A stretch of DNA of 64,000 bases. Origin: an uncultured Gammaproteobacteria bacterium (GTDB lineage: Bacteria > Pseudomonadota > Gammaproteobacteria > Steroidobacterales > Steroidobacteraceae). The stretch spans positions 7,063 to 71,062 of the forward strand of contig CAVQVZ010000009.1 of NCBI GenBank assembly GCA_963717335.1, read 5' to 3'. Below, one piece after another: positions 19,184 to 27,724 of the stretch. Every line of letters starts with the position of its first letter. The stretch's first letter is position 1. The notes beneath the pieces were generated by a model. That model had not been told where the DNA came from, ran no database searches, and worked only from the letters and a program-made list of their open reading frames with translations. The position numbers and the translations under genes were made by a program.

Positions 19184-19305
19184 CCTAACGCTTAAGTTGA
19201 GTGGCCGGACACGCTGTTTGAATGAGCGCTGCGGGTGCACGCTGTCCCTGCGTGCACGGAGTGCACTGCCTACGCAGCACGGACCACTCGAGCACGTAGT
19301 TAGGT
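19184..19305 (-). repeat. attC-05 (family 4, about 122 bp)
   Basis: cctaacgcttaagttgagtggcc...gagcacgtagttagg. The stop codon of the MAPEG ORF lies in the R'' box. Confidence 0.8.
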
Positions 19306-19707
19306 GAGAACATATCGGACGTACGAATAGAGCAAGAAACAAGAGCATAAGAGGATTGTTGCAAAGGTCAGCGCCATGCCTGTGACCCGCAATCCGAACT
19401 TCTCGTCGGCTTGACTAACGCCAATAGCGTGCAGGAGCTGCCCTGCTACAAGGCACAGTCCGAGAGCATGAACGAGTTTTGGACTGGCACGTGCAGCCTC
19501 AACAAGGGAGATGAGCACAAGAGTCAACGGAACATATTCGGCGAAGTTTGCGTGAACCCGAATCGCCCGAAGCATCGTGGCGTCGCCAGCATCTCCAATG
19601 GCGATCTTCTGGCGACGACGAGTTCGAATGGTGCGAATGCTTAGCGCGACAAAGATCAGCGCAAGAATCGCCGCGTACAGTGACGTTATCAGCATGCGTG
19701 ATATCAC
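19300..19707 (-). CDS. MAPEG family membrane protein
   Basis: 135-aa ORF (GTG 19707 or ATG 19695); ...RAIRVHANFAEYVPL...LLHAIG... pattern. Confidence 0.7.
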   Translation of the reverse strand: MISRMLITSLYAAILALIFVALSIRTIRTRRRQKIAIGDAGDATMLRAIRVHANFAEYVPLTLVLISLVEAARASPKLVHALGLCLVAGQLLHAIGVSQADEKFGLRVTGMALTFATILLCSCFLLYSYVRYVLT

Positions 19708-19788
19708 CTAACGTTCCGCAGCAGCTCGCGGGAACTCACGCTTGAGCTTGTTAGTCTGTGGTTCACGTGCGCTCGTCGCGGTTTGAGG
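19707..19788 (-). repeat. attC-06 (family 1, R'' degenerate)
   Basis: cctaacgttccgcagcagctcgcggg...gctcgtcgcggtttgagg. Confidence 0.7.
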
Positions 19789-19804
19789 TGGCATTTATGC
19801 GTTA

Positions 19805-19888
19805 CCCAATTCTCCGCACGAGCGCCGCGGGCGCACACGCTCGAGCTGGTTAGTTTATGGTTCACGCGCGGCTCGATGCGGTAGTAGG
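19805..19888 (-). repeat. attC-07 (family 1, both cores degenerate)
   Basis: cccaattctccgcacgagcgccgcggg...ggctcgatgcggtagtagg. It lies only 16 bp from attC-06. Confidence 0.7.
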
Positions 19889-19935
19889 CATCGGCGGAAT
19901 AACGTAACCATGACACGCTCTGCCGACACGTGCAT

Positions 19936-20208
19936 CTAGGCCTGCCATAGTGTCCAAGCGCCAATGGCAATGAATCCGAGGCCCGCTGCATAGCTCAGAT
20001 GTCTTGGCTGGACGTGGTTTGCAAGTACCGCGCCAGCAAGCACACCAATTGCGGAGGTTGTGACAAGGGCCAACGAGGCTGCCAGAAAGACCGTGAGCAG
20101 CTTTGACCCTTCGCGCGACGCGAAAAGCAGCGTTGCCACTTGGGTTTTGTCTCCTAGCTCCGCCAGGAACACAGTGCCAAATACAGTTGCGATTAACTTC
20201 AGGTCCAT
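19936..20208 (-). CDS. single-domain UPF0016 (GDT1/TMEM165) family membrane protein
   Basis: ORF 19936..20268 starts in attC-08. Trimmed to MDLKLIATVF...; contains the E-x-G-D-K-T motif (AELGDKTQ). Confidence 0.75.
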   Translation of the reverse strand: MDLKLIATVFGTVFLAELGDKTQVATLLFASREGSKLLTVFLAASLALVTTSAIGVLAGAVLANHVQPRHLSYAAGLGFIAIGAWTLWQA

Positions 20209-20238
20209 CGTGTTCAATCCGTGTGGGGAACGAAGATG

Positions 20239-20324
20239 CCTAACGCTTCGCATGAGCGCCGCGGGCACTCAGGCTTAAGCTTGGTAATTCATAGTTCACG
20301 CGGCGCTCCATGCGGTTGTTAATC
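20239..20324 (-). repeat. attC-08 (family 1)
   Basis: cctaacgcttcgcatgagcgccgcgggcac...gctccatgcggttgttaat. Confidence 0.85.
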
Positions 20325-20332
20325 CTGCGATA

Positions 20333-20758
20333 TCAGGCAAGGCGCTGTCCACCACGATAGTGCACTGGCGAAAGTCTCCTAATCGAGTCGAATGCAGCTC
20401 TGTACGTGTCCACTTCCCACAGCCAAGCCTCCTGCACCTCGTACGTGCGGTTGTATAAGATCCACACGAGGAAATCCCACTCGTAGTTCTTCGCCTTTGG
20501 TACTAATGTAACGAAGCTACCTGGTTTTCCACTGGGCCGATTAGCCTTAACCTGATACCGAGCCTTGTTGAACGTGAAGTCATAACCCCTGCGTACGGCA
20601 GAACTTCCACGCATAGAAACCGCGTAATTCTCCAAATCAAATCCCACGAGGAGAGCGGCATCTAATTCAGACAACGCTGCGGTGATGTGCGGAGCATTCA
20701 CAAACGCCTGCTCCCACTCCAGGGCCACCTCGACTAGTTTCGCGCGCAGTGTATGCAC
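20333..20758 (-). CDS. hypothetical protein, possible PD-(D/E)xK nuclease fold
   Basis: 141-aa ORF (GTG start); ...SELDAALL...RRGYDFTFNKARYQVKAN... gives an E/D...D-x10-QxK arrangement. Confidence 0.5.
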   Translation of the reverse strand: MHTLRAKLVEVALEWEQAFVNAPHITAALSELDAALLVGFDLENYAVSMRGSSAVRRGYDFTFNKARYQVKANRPSGKPGSFVTLVPKAKNYEWDFLVWILYNRTYEVQEAWLWEVDTYRAAFDSIRRLSPVHYRGGQRLA

Positions 20759-20763
20759 GCAGG

Positions 20764-20849
20764 CCTAACGCTCCGCATGAGCGCCGCGGGCACCGACGCT
20801 TCGGGTTGGTGGTTTATCGTTCATGCGGCGCTCCATGCGGTTGTTAGGC
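20764..20849 (-). repeat. attC-09 (family 1)
   Basis: cctaacgctccgcatgagcgccgcgggcac...gctccatgcggttgttagg. Confidence 0.9.
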
Positions 20850-20923
20850 GGGGGCGAGCACGCCTGCTTCGCGTTGGGCGTCTCATTGCCACGAGAAGAG
20901 CACACTGTCGCCGAGGGCGCAAT

Positions 20924-21298
20924 TCATTTGAGATCCTTGAGCTCTGTAATAATCAAATGTATCGGGCTGGTACCGATGTTTTCCGTCCAATGGGTGATGG
21001 GATCACGGTAGATGACCGCTCCTGTTTTTAGCTCGCCATCAACGGAACTGCCATCAGCCATGTGGCTTCGGACCTTGCCTCCGGATATGACATAAATGAC
21101 ACAGGCGGGATGGGAGTGAACTTGCTCCTTCCGGCCAGGGGTCAGCATAGTCTCCAAGACGCGCACCGAAGCATTGTCGAGCTTCACTTGCACCGTCGTC
21201 GGGTTTGCGACAGCGGCATCTTGAGGCAGTGCTGTTCCGGAAGTCAGTAGCGCTAATACAACGCATCTGGCAGTCAACAGAACTGCGTGTGCTTTCAT
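20924..21298 (-). CDS. secreted cupin domain protein
   Basis: 124-aa ORF with a signal peptide; ...QVHSHPACVIYVISGG... Confidence 0.7.
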   Translation of the reverse strand: MKAHAVLLTARCVVLALLTSGTALPQDAAVANPTTVQVKLDNASVRVLETMLTPGRKEQVHSHPACVIYVISGGKVRSHMADGSSVDGELKTGAVIYRDPITHWTENIGTSPIHLIITELKDLK

Positions 21299-21326
21299 TT
21301 GGGCTCCTGGAACGCTATGGCTGCCG

Positions 21327-21411
21327 CCTAACGCTCCGCATGAGCGCCGCGGGCACTCGGGCTTGCGCTTCGTAGTTTATGGTTCACGCGGGCGCCATGC
21401 GGTTGTTAGGG
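21327..21411 (-). repeat. attC-10 (family 1)
   Basis: cctaacgctccgcatgagcgccgcgggcac...ggcgccatgcggttgttagg. Confidence 0.9.
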
Positions 21412-21939
21412 CGCACAAATCGTATCGTAATAAGGAACGAGAGCGCGGCCGTCATCGCCGTAAAAGTTATGGACCAAATGCTATAGATATATCCGCACCA
21501 TGCTTCGATGGGAATTCCCAACACGTATCCAGTAGGCTTAGGGATGCCGCCGGTGATTATGACCGGCCGCCACTGAGTGGGGGGCCAATGTCTAATGGCA
21601 CCGATCAATACCTCAGTAAGTCCCGCTAAGCCAGGCACTATCCAAACAGGCGTGGATCCCAAACGCCTACCAAACAAAAATGCCAGGGGTAAGCCACACT
21701 ACTGAGTCGATTAGCCAAATGGGATACGCGGCGATCGATAGAAGGTGATTCGCGATACTTCTTCCCGGGCCAAATGGCGATGCCCACAATAGCGTTGGTC
21801 CTAGTGCGGCCCACAATATTGGTCGAAGCAGATTGAGCCAAGAGTACTGGTTAAGAGGCGGATAAGGTCTGCCACTCAATGCGATTAACCTCCAAATCCC
21901 TAACAGGCAGGACAGGAATATTGCGGGGGTAGTAAACAC
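21384..21939 (-). CDS. membrane protein, either two overlapping ORFs (21667..21939, 21384..21677) or one frame-shifted gene
   Basis: The hydrophobic sequence continues across a frame change at the T-run near 21675-21685. The downstream ORF reads about 27 nt into attC-10. Confidence 0.45.
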
Positions 21940-21958
21940 TCAGGAGGCGTTCGTGCGA

Positions 21959-22042
21959 CCTAACGCTCCGCATGAGCGCCGCGGGCACTCATGCCTGAGC
22001 TTGGCACTTTACGGTTCACGCGGGCGCTGCATGCGGTTAGGC
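21959..22042 (-). repeat. attC-11 (family 1)
   Basis: cctaacgctccgcatgagcgccgcgggcac...gctgcatgcggttagg (3 nt shorter next to R''). Confidence 0.85.
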
Positions 22043-22351
22043 GTCTGCATATAGCTGTACCCCGTAGTGAACGCAGTGTCGGCGAGAGAAGCACTTCGGC
22101 AACGACTTACAGGAGAATCGCTTTAGGCATCGCGGGTACCGAAAGAAGAATGCCTGATCTGCCGTCATGGCAACCACAGTGGCCCAACACAGCAGCCCAA
22201 GGACGAGGAGCGTGGAAGCAACCTGACGTAATGCAGCAAATGTATTAAGCCCAAGGCCGATGCCAAACAGCGAAAGTGCCGCTGCCAGCGCCGCGATGCC
22301 CACCCGAGCCGTAATTCGGTGTCGCCGCCACTGTGCTGCGTAGGTGGACAT
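22037..22351 (-). CDS. membrane protein with Cys-rich C-terminus
   Basis: 104-aa ORF with two TM helices, then ...RYPRCLKRFSCKSLPKCFSRRHCVHYG... Confidence 0.5.
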   Translation of the reverse strand: MSTYAAQWRRHRITARVGIAALAAALSLFGIGLGLNTFAALRQVASTLLVLGLLCWATVVAMTADQAFFFRYPRCLKRFSCKSLPKCFSRRHCVHYGVQLYADA

Positions 22352-22355
22352 GACG

Positions 22356-22442
22356 CCTAACGAGCCGCATTAGCGCCGCAGGCACTCACGCCTGAGCTTT
22401 GGCAGTTTCTGGTTCATGCGGCGCTCGATGCAGTTGTTAGAG
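22356..22442 (-). repeat. attC-12 (family 1)
   Basis: cctaacgagccgcattagcgccgcaggcac...gctcgatgcagttgttaga. Confidence 0.85.
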
Positions 22443-22445
22443 GGC

Positions 22446-22923
22446 TTATTTGCGACCGGCTGTCTGGGCCCACCAGTAGAATCGACGAAACCCCCTGGCC
22501 CCCAAAATCAGCCAAAGAGCAATCGCGATCTGCGCGGCGTAATAAGCAAGCAAGTGCATTATTCCCGCCGTGTCGTCCAAGTGGGCGACCGCGCTATGTA
22601 GCATCAGTAAGTCGCGCGCGAGCCCCGGTATCGACGTTGAAAGTAACCAAAGCCCGATAAGCGCGCAGCCCATGGTAAGCCACTGGTCGGCCGTGGTGAG
22701 GGAAGAGGTCGACGTAACCGCTCGGGATGAAAGAAGCCTGCGCGCTATGGTCTGAGGGAAAAACCAGAGAACCAAGACCAGGAGGATCAGCAAAGGCAGA
22801 GATTAGGAGCGCGACCGGTACGTCACCTCTAGAGAAAAGCGACAGCGCGATAGTGCCGCCGTAGAGCGCAAGCCATATCGCAAATAGGCGAGTAGCGACG
22901 GCGATTATCTGATGAGGTGTCAC
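22446..22923 (-). pseudogene. membrane protein with one apparent frameshift
   Basis: ORF 22594..22923 (MTPHQIIAVATRLFAIWLALYGG...ALLISAF) continues as a hydrophobic helix in the frame of ORF 22446..22793 (LILLVLVLWFFPQ...). The shift is at about 22790-22795, next to a TTT run. Confidence 0.5.
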
Positions 22924-22932
22924 TCAGAGCCC

Positions 22933-23017
22933 TCTAACGCCTAAGTTGAGCGGCGAGCTGCAAACACAAAATCTTTGCCACTGTAGTCCCCCGGGTCCGC
23001 TCCAACGTAAGTTATAT
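22933..23017 (-). repeat. attC-13 (family-4-like arms, 85 bp)
   Basis: tctaacgcctaagttgagcggcg...gtccgctccaacgtaagttatat. Confidence 0.7.
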
Positions 23018-23028
23018 GACGGCAACGC

Positions 23029-23334
23029 CTACGGGCAGTCCTGGTAGATCGAACACACAAACAGAAGTCCGTAAATGACGAGCCATATCGACATGACGAA
23101 GCCACCAAGCACGCATAGCGCAAAGCGCACGTGAGAGATCTGCGAGATTTTCCATAGGAATGGTATTCCTAGCGCAGCGGAAACAACAATAGCGCAGTAG
23201 AGAAACAGAGTACTGGCCAAGCTTGGCATAGCCCTACAAATGGCAATGATCGCCGAGAACGCCGCGGTTGGGATGACAAATGCTCCTGCAATTAAGCCGA
23301 GGGTCCGCCAAAGCCGAGTACCCATTGTCGTCAT
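23029..23334 (-). CDS. membrane protein, unknown function
   Basis: 101-aa ORF with three hydrophobic helices. The ATG abuts the R' box of attC-14. Confidence 0.55.
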   Translation of the reverse strand: MTTMGTRLWRTLGLIAGAFVIPTAAFSAIIAICRAMPSLASTLFLYCAIVVSAALGIPFLWKISQISHVRFALCVLGGFVMSIWLVIYGLLFVCSIYQDCP

Positions 23335-23418
23335 CTAACGCTCCGCGTGAGCGCCGCGGGCACCCATGCTCGAACTTGGCGCTTTATGGTTCACGCGAGC
23401 GCTCGATGCGGTAGTTAT
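23334..23418 (-). repeat. attC-14 (family 1)
   Basis: tctaacgctccgcgtgagcgccgcgggcac...gctcgatgcggtagttat. Confidence 0.85.
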
Positions 23419-23453
23419 GCGGCGAGCCCTCGCCACAGTGCGCGTAGCTGACC

Positions 23454-23759
23454 TCAGTTTGTATAGTATTTGCATGAGGAGCCTTCGTGCCGCCACGCCA
23501 CGATCTTCCCTGCACTGTTCACGTCCCAGTAAATAATGCAGTCGCCTCCCTTCTCGACCCTTACTTTATAGGTAGTAAGCCCGCTCGAATTTGGTCCCTG
23601 CGCGTCCTCAATAAGCCTACCCGGAACCGCCGCGTAATCTGTCCAGTTGTCACCTATCCAAGAGTTGAGTTTCGTATCGAAGAACGTGCAGCCGTATGCT
23701 GCAACGGTCGCTACTACCAAAGCGACGCAGTGCGCACGCTTCAACAGATTAAGCCGCAT
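23454..23759 (-). CDS. lipoprotein, unknown function
   Basis: ORF 23454..23819 trimmed to MRLNLLKRAHCVALVVATVAAYGC (lipobox). Confidence 0.55.
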   Translation of the reverse strand: MRLNLLKRAHCVALVVATVAAYGCTFFDTKLNSWIGDNWTDYAAVPGRLIEDAQGPNSSGLTTYKVRVEKGGDCIIYWDVNSAGKIVAWRHEGSSCKYYTN

Positions 23760-23843
23760 AACGATCCGCATGAGCGCCGCGGGCACCCACGCTTGAGCTT
23801 GGCACTTTATGGTCCACACGGGCGCTCCATGCGGTTGTTAGGC
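23758..23843 (-). repeat. attC-15 (family 1)
   Basis: ataacgatccgcatgagcgccgcgggcac...gctccatgcggttgttagg. Confidence 0.85.
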
Positions 23844-23874
23844 GGCACTTGCATGCGATACCCCATGGCGAATC

Positions 23875-24207
23875 CTATAGCGAGTCCTGCATTGGCCAGA
23901 CTTCAACAACGCCATTTGCGATCGCGCAAGGCACTCCCGAAACCATTCGTATAGCGTCATCAAGCGTTGCGGCTTCGACCACAGCGAAACCAGCAACCGG
24001 AAGAGCCGCGCGCATATAAGCACCAGATTGCGTACGCACCCCGCCTGCTTGATGATTTCTCACTTGTACAGGCTCCCCAGCCACTCCCATCACCGCACCG
24101 GCTTTTACGAGCTTCGCATCTTGAGCATGAGCCTCCTCTCTCAATGACTTAGGCGTACTGTCGTAGCCCTCGCGGTTTCCATATCCGATGGTAAGGAACT
24201 TCGGCAT
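23875..24207 (-). CDS. YCII-related domain protein
   Basis: MPKFLTIGYGNREGYD...AGFAVVEAATLDDAIRM... matches the YciI family pattern. Confidence 0.7.
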   Translation of the reverse strand: MPKFLTIGYGNREGYDSTPKSLREEAHAQDAKLVKAGAVMGVAGEPVQVRNHQAGGVRTQSGAYMRAALPVAGFAVVEAATLDDAIRMVSGVPCAIANGVVEVWPMQDSL

Positions 24208-24243
24208 AAGCACCTCGCAATTGATTCGGTTATGGACAGGCCG

Positions 24244-24344
24244 CCTAACGCCTGAGCTTAGGCGCGCCGAGTGAGCGTAGCGAACGAGGGTATCCCGGCA
24301 TGCGTAGCAAATGCCGGGGCGACGCCTGGAGGGATCTGTTAGCC
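24244..24344 (-). repeat. attC-16 (family 2, about 100 bp)
   Basis: cctaacgcctgagcttaggcgcgccgagtgagcgtagcgaacgaggg...atgccggggcgacgcctggagggatctgttagc. Confidence 0.85.
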
Positions 24345-24348
24345 GTCA

Positions 24349-24828
24349 TCAATTCCGCCACCAAGCTATGCTCTTTCGTTGATGGTTCCAATAGACATTT
24401 ATTGGATCGCACTGACCTCCGTCGTCCAAAGTTAGAGCCGATGCATGAGGCGAATTCACGCAACCGGGAAGGTGTCCGCCGTCAGTTGTGCATGACAGAG
24501 GGACTACGGATAGATGTGCTGGGGTGGCGCAGATTGCTGCTTGTATCGATGCGCTAACCGCAAAGTCCACGAAATTCATGTGGAAGCGCGTGCCACCGCT
24601 GTTTATGCCCACAACAAGTACTACGCCAGTCTTAGCGTAGCCAACCGCCGCAGCATCAGTATTCCCATCACCGTCAAAGTCTCCCGTCGATAGTGTCGAA
24701 GCGTCCCAACGGACGTCTGGGCGCGCGCGATTAAGTGTCTTCAAGAAGCTGTCGTCCGGCGAGGCCGTGACCCCGACCCCCGTGACACATGCGGCGATAG
24801 AGACGAGGGTCAGTGCGACGCGTTTCAT
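24349..24828 (-). CDS. secreted protein with FG-GAP/VCBS-like motif
   Basis: 159-aa ORF with a signal peptide; ...TGDFDGDGNTDAAAVGY... Confidence 0.5.
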   Translation of the reverse strand: MKRVALTLVSIAACVTGVGVTASPDDSFLKTLNRARPDVRWDASTLSTGDFDGDGNTDAAAVGYAKTGVVLVVGINSGGTRFHMNFVDFAVSASIQAAICATPAHLSVVPLSCTTDGGHLPGCVNSPHASALTLDDGGQCDPINVYWNHQRKSIAWWRN

Positions 24829-24832
24829 GACC

Positions 24833-24933
24833 GCTAAAGCTCGAGATCAGGCGCGCTGAGTGAGCGCAGCGAACGAGAGTACCCTGGCATGCGAAGCAAA
24901 TGCCGGGGCGACGCCCGGAGCGAGTTGTTAGGT
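24833..24933 (-). repeat. attC-17 (family 2)
   Basis: gctaaagctcgagatcaggcgcgctgagtgagcgcagcgaacgagag...atgccggggcgacgcccggagcgagttgttagg. R' core mutated (ctaaag). Confidence 0.8.
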
Positions 24934-25377
24934 GGCATAGAGTGCACTTCTGATGACGATTGCGACTGCAGTCTGTTCGGACATAGACACGGGTTCGTAA
25001 TCTGCCTGCAGAAAGATTCGCGTTGGGTTGCTTCCAGGGTAACGGGGCACTACGTGTACGTGAAAATGTGGCACGTGCTGTCCGGCGTCAATACCGTTGT
25101 TCTGAAAAATGTTAAGGCCCGTTGCGGCGAAAGCGCGTATCAGAGCCCTTCCGAGGAGGGCGGCCTCGATATGAACCGCGCCCACAACGATTGAATCAAG
25201 GTCCGTCACTGTTACGGCGTGTTGGACAGGGATAACCAAAAGGGCGCCCTTCTCGTATTGGCGCAGATTAACAAGCGAAGCGACAGTTCCGGTACGGCGA
25301 ATAATTGCGCATGGTCTTGTACCGGCAAGGTAGTCACAAAAAACACACGCCTCCGCAGATATGTCGGTAGATGCCAA
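24928..25377 (-). CDS. HIT (histidine triad) family protein
   Basis: 149-aa ORF (TTG start) with ...QHVPHFHVHVVPR... triad. Confidence 0.85.
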   Translation of the reverse strand: MASTDISAEACVFCDYLAGTRPCAIIRRTGTVASLVNLRQYEKGALLVIPVQHAVTVTDLDSIVVGAVHIEAALLGRALIRAFAATGLNIFQNNGIDAGQHVPHFHVHVVPRYPGSNPTRIFLQADYEPVSMSEQTAVAIVIRSALYAT

Positions 25378-25399
25378 AGGGTACCTGTAGCCTATGCCA

Positions 25400-25485
25400 C
25401 CTAACGCTCCGCATGAGCGCCGCGGGCACCCATGCTTGAACTTGGCACTTTATCGTTCACGCGGCGCTCCATGCGGTTGTTAAGA
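25400..25485 (-). repeat. attC-18 (family 1)
   Basis: cctaacgctccgcatgagcgccgcgggcac...gctccatgcggttgttaag. Confidence 0.9.
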
Positions 25486-25491
25486 GACGCC

Positions 25492-25818
25492 TCACTTCGC
25501 TGCCTCTTGCAAGAGCGATGACAGTTGAAGAGCCTGCTGACGCGTGAGTTTATAGGGCATCATGCTGGCGCCGAGCGCCGCCTTCGAAACGAGCGTAAGG
25601 CCCACGAAGTCGTCATTCGAGTTGGTATTTTCCAACGTAGCTACCTTGATGGTGCGAGTGGCCGTCTGGAACCGGTCCAACGTGACTTCCCCTACCTCTC
25701 GCTTGATCGAAGCCCCTAAGAAGGCGCCGGTCCAGCTTCCATATTTGATGCGTTTGAATAGGAAGCTTCCGGCAACGAGGGCGAATATGCCGACGAAGAT
25801 GAATTGAAATGGGTCCAT
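25492..25818 (-). CDS. membrane-anchored hypothetical protein
   Basis: 108-aa ORF with an N-terminal TM helix. Confidence 0.5.
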   Translation of the reverse strand: MDPFQFIFVGIFALVAGSFLFKRIKYGSWTGAFLGASIKREVGEVTLDRFQTATRTIKVATLENTNSNDDFVGLTLVSKAALGASMMPYKLTRQQALQLSSLLQEAAK

Positions 25819-25837
25819 GCGTATGCCTTTAGCGTCT

Positions 25838-25918
25838 CCTAACGCTCCGCATGAGCTCCGAGCGCGCCTACGCCTGAGTTTGGCAGTCTATGCGCGGCGC
25901 TCGATGCGGTAGTTAGAT
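25838..25918 (-). repeat. attC-19 (family 1, shortened centre)
   Basis: cctaacgctccgcatgagctccgagcgcgcc...gctcgatgcggtagttaga. Confidence 0.8.
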
Positions 25919-26323
25919 GCGAGCTGGACACTTAATACCGCCAAGCACTAGATAGGTGAATTTCCTTTCCTTCGGCAGGTAAATTGCCGAGATAACACAA
26001 TTCTCTGGAATCCACATGTCAATGAAGCTCTTTTCCGCTTCAGGAGATATTGGGTAGAGGTGGCCATTAAATTCTATGCTGCGATTCGGCCCTAAGCCCT
26101 TACCTTGATACTGGAACCAATACTTGGCGGGTCGCTTCTGCAGGTCAACGTATTTCTTTAGAACACTAATATTCGCGTCGAGGTCGGCCTTCATCGCAGC
26201 GACAACCGCTTGCTCTGGCACCCAGTCTCCCCCGGGCGGGTTAAACCATGCCTCATCCGGGGAAGCGCCGCCAGGAATGGCCACGATGAACATCAACGCC
26301 ACGATGAGATGTCTGGCTCGCAC
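25913..26323 (-). CDS. secreted hypothetical protein
   Basis: 136-aa ORF (GTG) with a signal-like N-terminus. The stop lies in R'' of attC-19. Confidence 0.5.
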   Translation of the reverse strand: MRARHLIVALMFIVAIPGGASPDEAWFNPPGGDWVPEQAVVAAMKADLDANISVLKKYVDLQKRPAKYWFQYQGKGLGPNRSIEFNGHLYPISPEAEKSFIDMWIPENCVISAIYLPKERKFTYLVLGGIKCPARI

Positions 26324-26408
26324 CTAACGCTCCGCATGAGAGCCGCGGGCACTCACGCTCGAGCTTGGCAGTTTATGGTTCATGCGGCGCTCGATGCGGT
26401 AGTTAGGC
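26323..26408 (-). repeat. attC-20 (family 1)
   Basis: cctaacgctccgcatgagagccgcgggcac...gctcgatgcggtagttagg. Confidence 0.9.
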
Positions 26409-26441
26409 ATCACAGGTAAATGCACCCTATTTGCTAGAGAG

Positions 26442-26846
26442 TCATGCTGGCGATTTATGGCGGTTCCACACCACAAGCGCGGCCAATAAACCAACGGCTA
26501 GCAATCCATGCAAGGCAGTCGCGCCTAGTAATAGTGTGGGATGGGTCGAAACGGGCTGGGCCAAAGCCAGCGTGACACAGGCGACGCTGTTGTAGGTGAG
26601 AAGGGCGGCGGCAACCCCGAGGCTCACCCGGGAAATGGGTGTCGCTCGGGCGTACCCGCATGCGATACCCAAGGCCAGTAAGCCGCCGCCCGCGAGGCGA
26701 GCAATAACCAATCCCGTTACCGGCAAAGGTGACCCCAGGAGGAGCGAAACGAGCAGCGACGGAGTAATCAGCAGGCCCAGCCCGGCCAGAACTTCCAGAA
26801 CTGCGCCAATGCTGAGAAGTCCTGAGATCCAAGCGGCTGCCTTCAT
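26442..26846 (-). CDS. membrane protein, unknown function
   Basis: 134-aa ORF with four Gly/Ala/Leu-rich helices. Confidence 0.55.
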   Translation of the reverse strand: MKAAAWISGLLSIGAVLEVLAGLGLLITPSLLVSLLLGSPLPVTGLVIARLAGGGLLALGIACGYARATPISRVSLGVAAALLTYNSVACVTLALAQPVSTHPTLLLGATALHGLLAVGLLAALVVWNRHKSPA

Positions 26847-26902
26847 GCGTGAATCCTAAGCAAGGGACTAAGTGAGAATGGTCGAGCCTGCATACTGTGA
26901 CG

Positions 26903-26989
26903 CCCAACGCTCCGCATGAGCGCCGCGTGCACTCACGCTCGAGTTTGGTATTTTATCGTTCACGCGGGCGCTCCATGCGGTTGTTAGGT
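26903..26989 (-). repeat. attC-21 (family 1)
   Basis: cccaacgctccgcatgagcgccgcgtgcac...gctccatgcggttgttagg. Confidence 0.9.
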
Positions 26990-26998
26990 GCGCGGCCC

Positions 26999-27604
26999 TT
27001 AATTCGTAGTGGTGTGGCTTGCATGGAGCGTGACGACTTTATTGTCAATGAGCCGAACGATGAGAATGCTGGCCACATCGAACTCCCCCCTCGTGCCAAT
27101 GTAAGTGAAATTCAACGTGCCGTCTCCATTTTGAGTCGGCGAGCCGAATTGTCGTTTTAGTGCATCGAGCGAAGTCCCAAGCCAAACACCATGGTCTATG
27201 TGGATGCGCCGAAATCTCTTGGGTAGTTCGGGGCAGTCGTCCGTCGCGGGCGTTCCACTAGGAATAACTTTCGCCACTAGGCTGTCTATGTACTTGCGAC
27301 CACCGAGTTCGCTCGATGTGAGCCACAGGCGTTGCACTTCCTGCGGTAGAGTGAAGCAAACCCACATTACAAACGCCGAGGCATCGCCTCTTTGGCCGAC
27401 CGGAGCGGGGCCCAACACTGAGGCATCAGCAAAGGTACTCGATTCCAAAGAAATGCTTAATTTTCCAAGGGAAACGCTTGTTGCGGGTTGAACGCTAACG
27501 CGTGTTTCCTTTAGGGATTCCAGTGAGGGGATTGTGGGCGGCGGCACGTCCGCCACCGCTTGCCTCATGACCAGAATTGCCGCCATTGCCACGAGTCTGC
27601 GCAT
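26999..27604 (-). CDS. secreted hypothetical protein
   Basis: 201-aa ORF with a signal peptide. No family recognised. Confidence 0.55.
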   Translation of the reverse strand: MRRLVAMAAILVMRQAVADVPPPTIPSLESLKETRVSVQPATSVSLGKLSISLESSTFADASVLGPAPVGQRGDASAFVMWVCFTLPQEVQRLWLTSSELGGRKYIDSLVAKVIPSGTPATDDCPELPKRFRRIHIDHGVWLGTSLDALKRQFGSPTQNGDGTLNFTYIGTRGEFDVASILIVRLIDNKVVTLHASHTTTN

Positions 27605-27609
27605 GCGAA

Positions 27610-27696
27610 CCTAACGCCCGAGCTGAGCGCGCCGCGCGCAAGCGCCATGACAGGGCGCTTTATCGGTCACGGCTGCGCTCCAGCGAATTGTTAGGC
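27610..27696 (-). repeat. attC-22 (family 3)
   Basis: cctaacgcccgagctgagcgcgccgcgcgcaagcgcc...tcacggctgcgctccagcgaattgttagg. Confidence 0.85.
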
Positions 27697-27724
27697 CTCT
27701 TAGAACAGGACACGATATTTGGGC

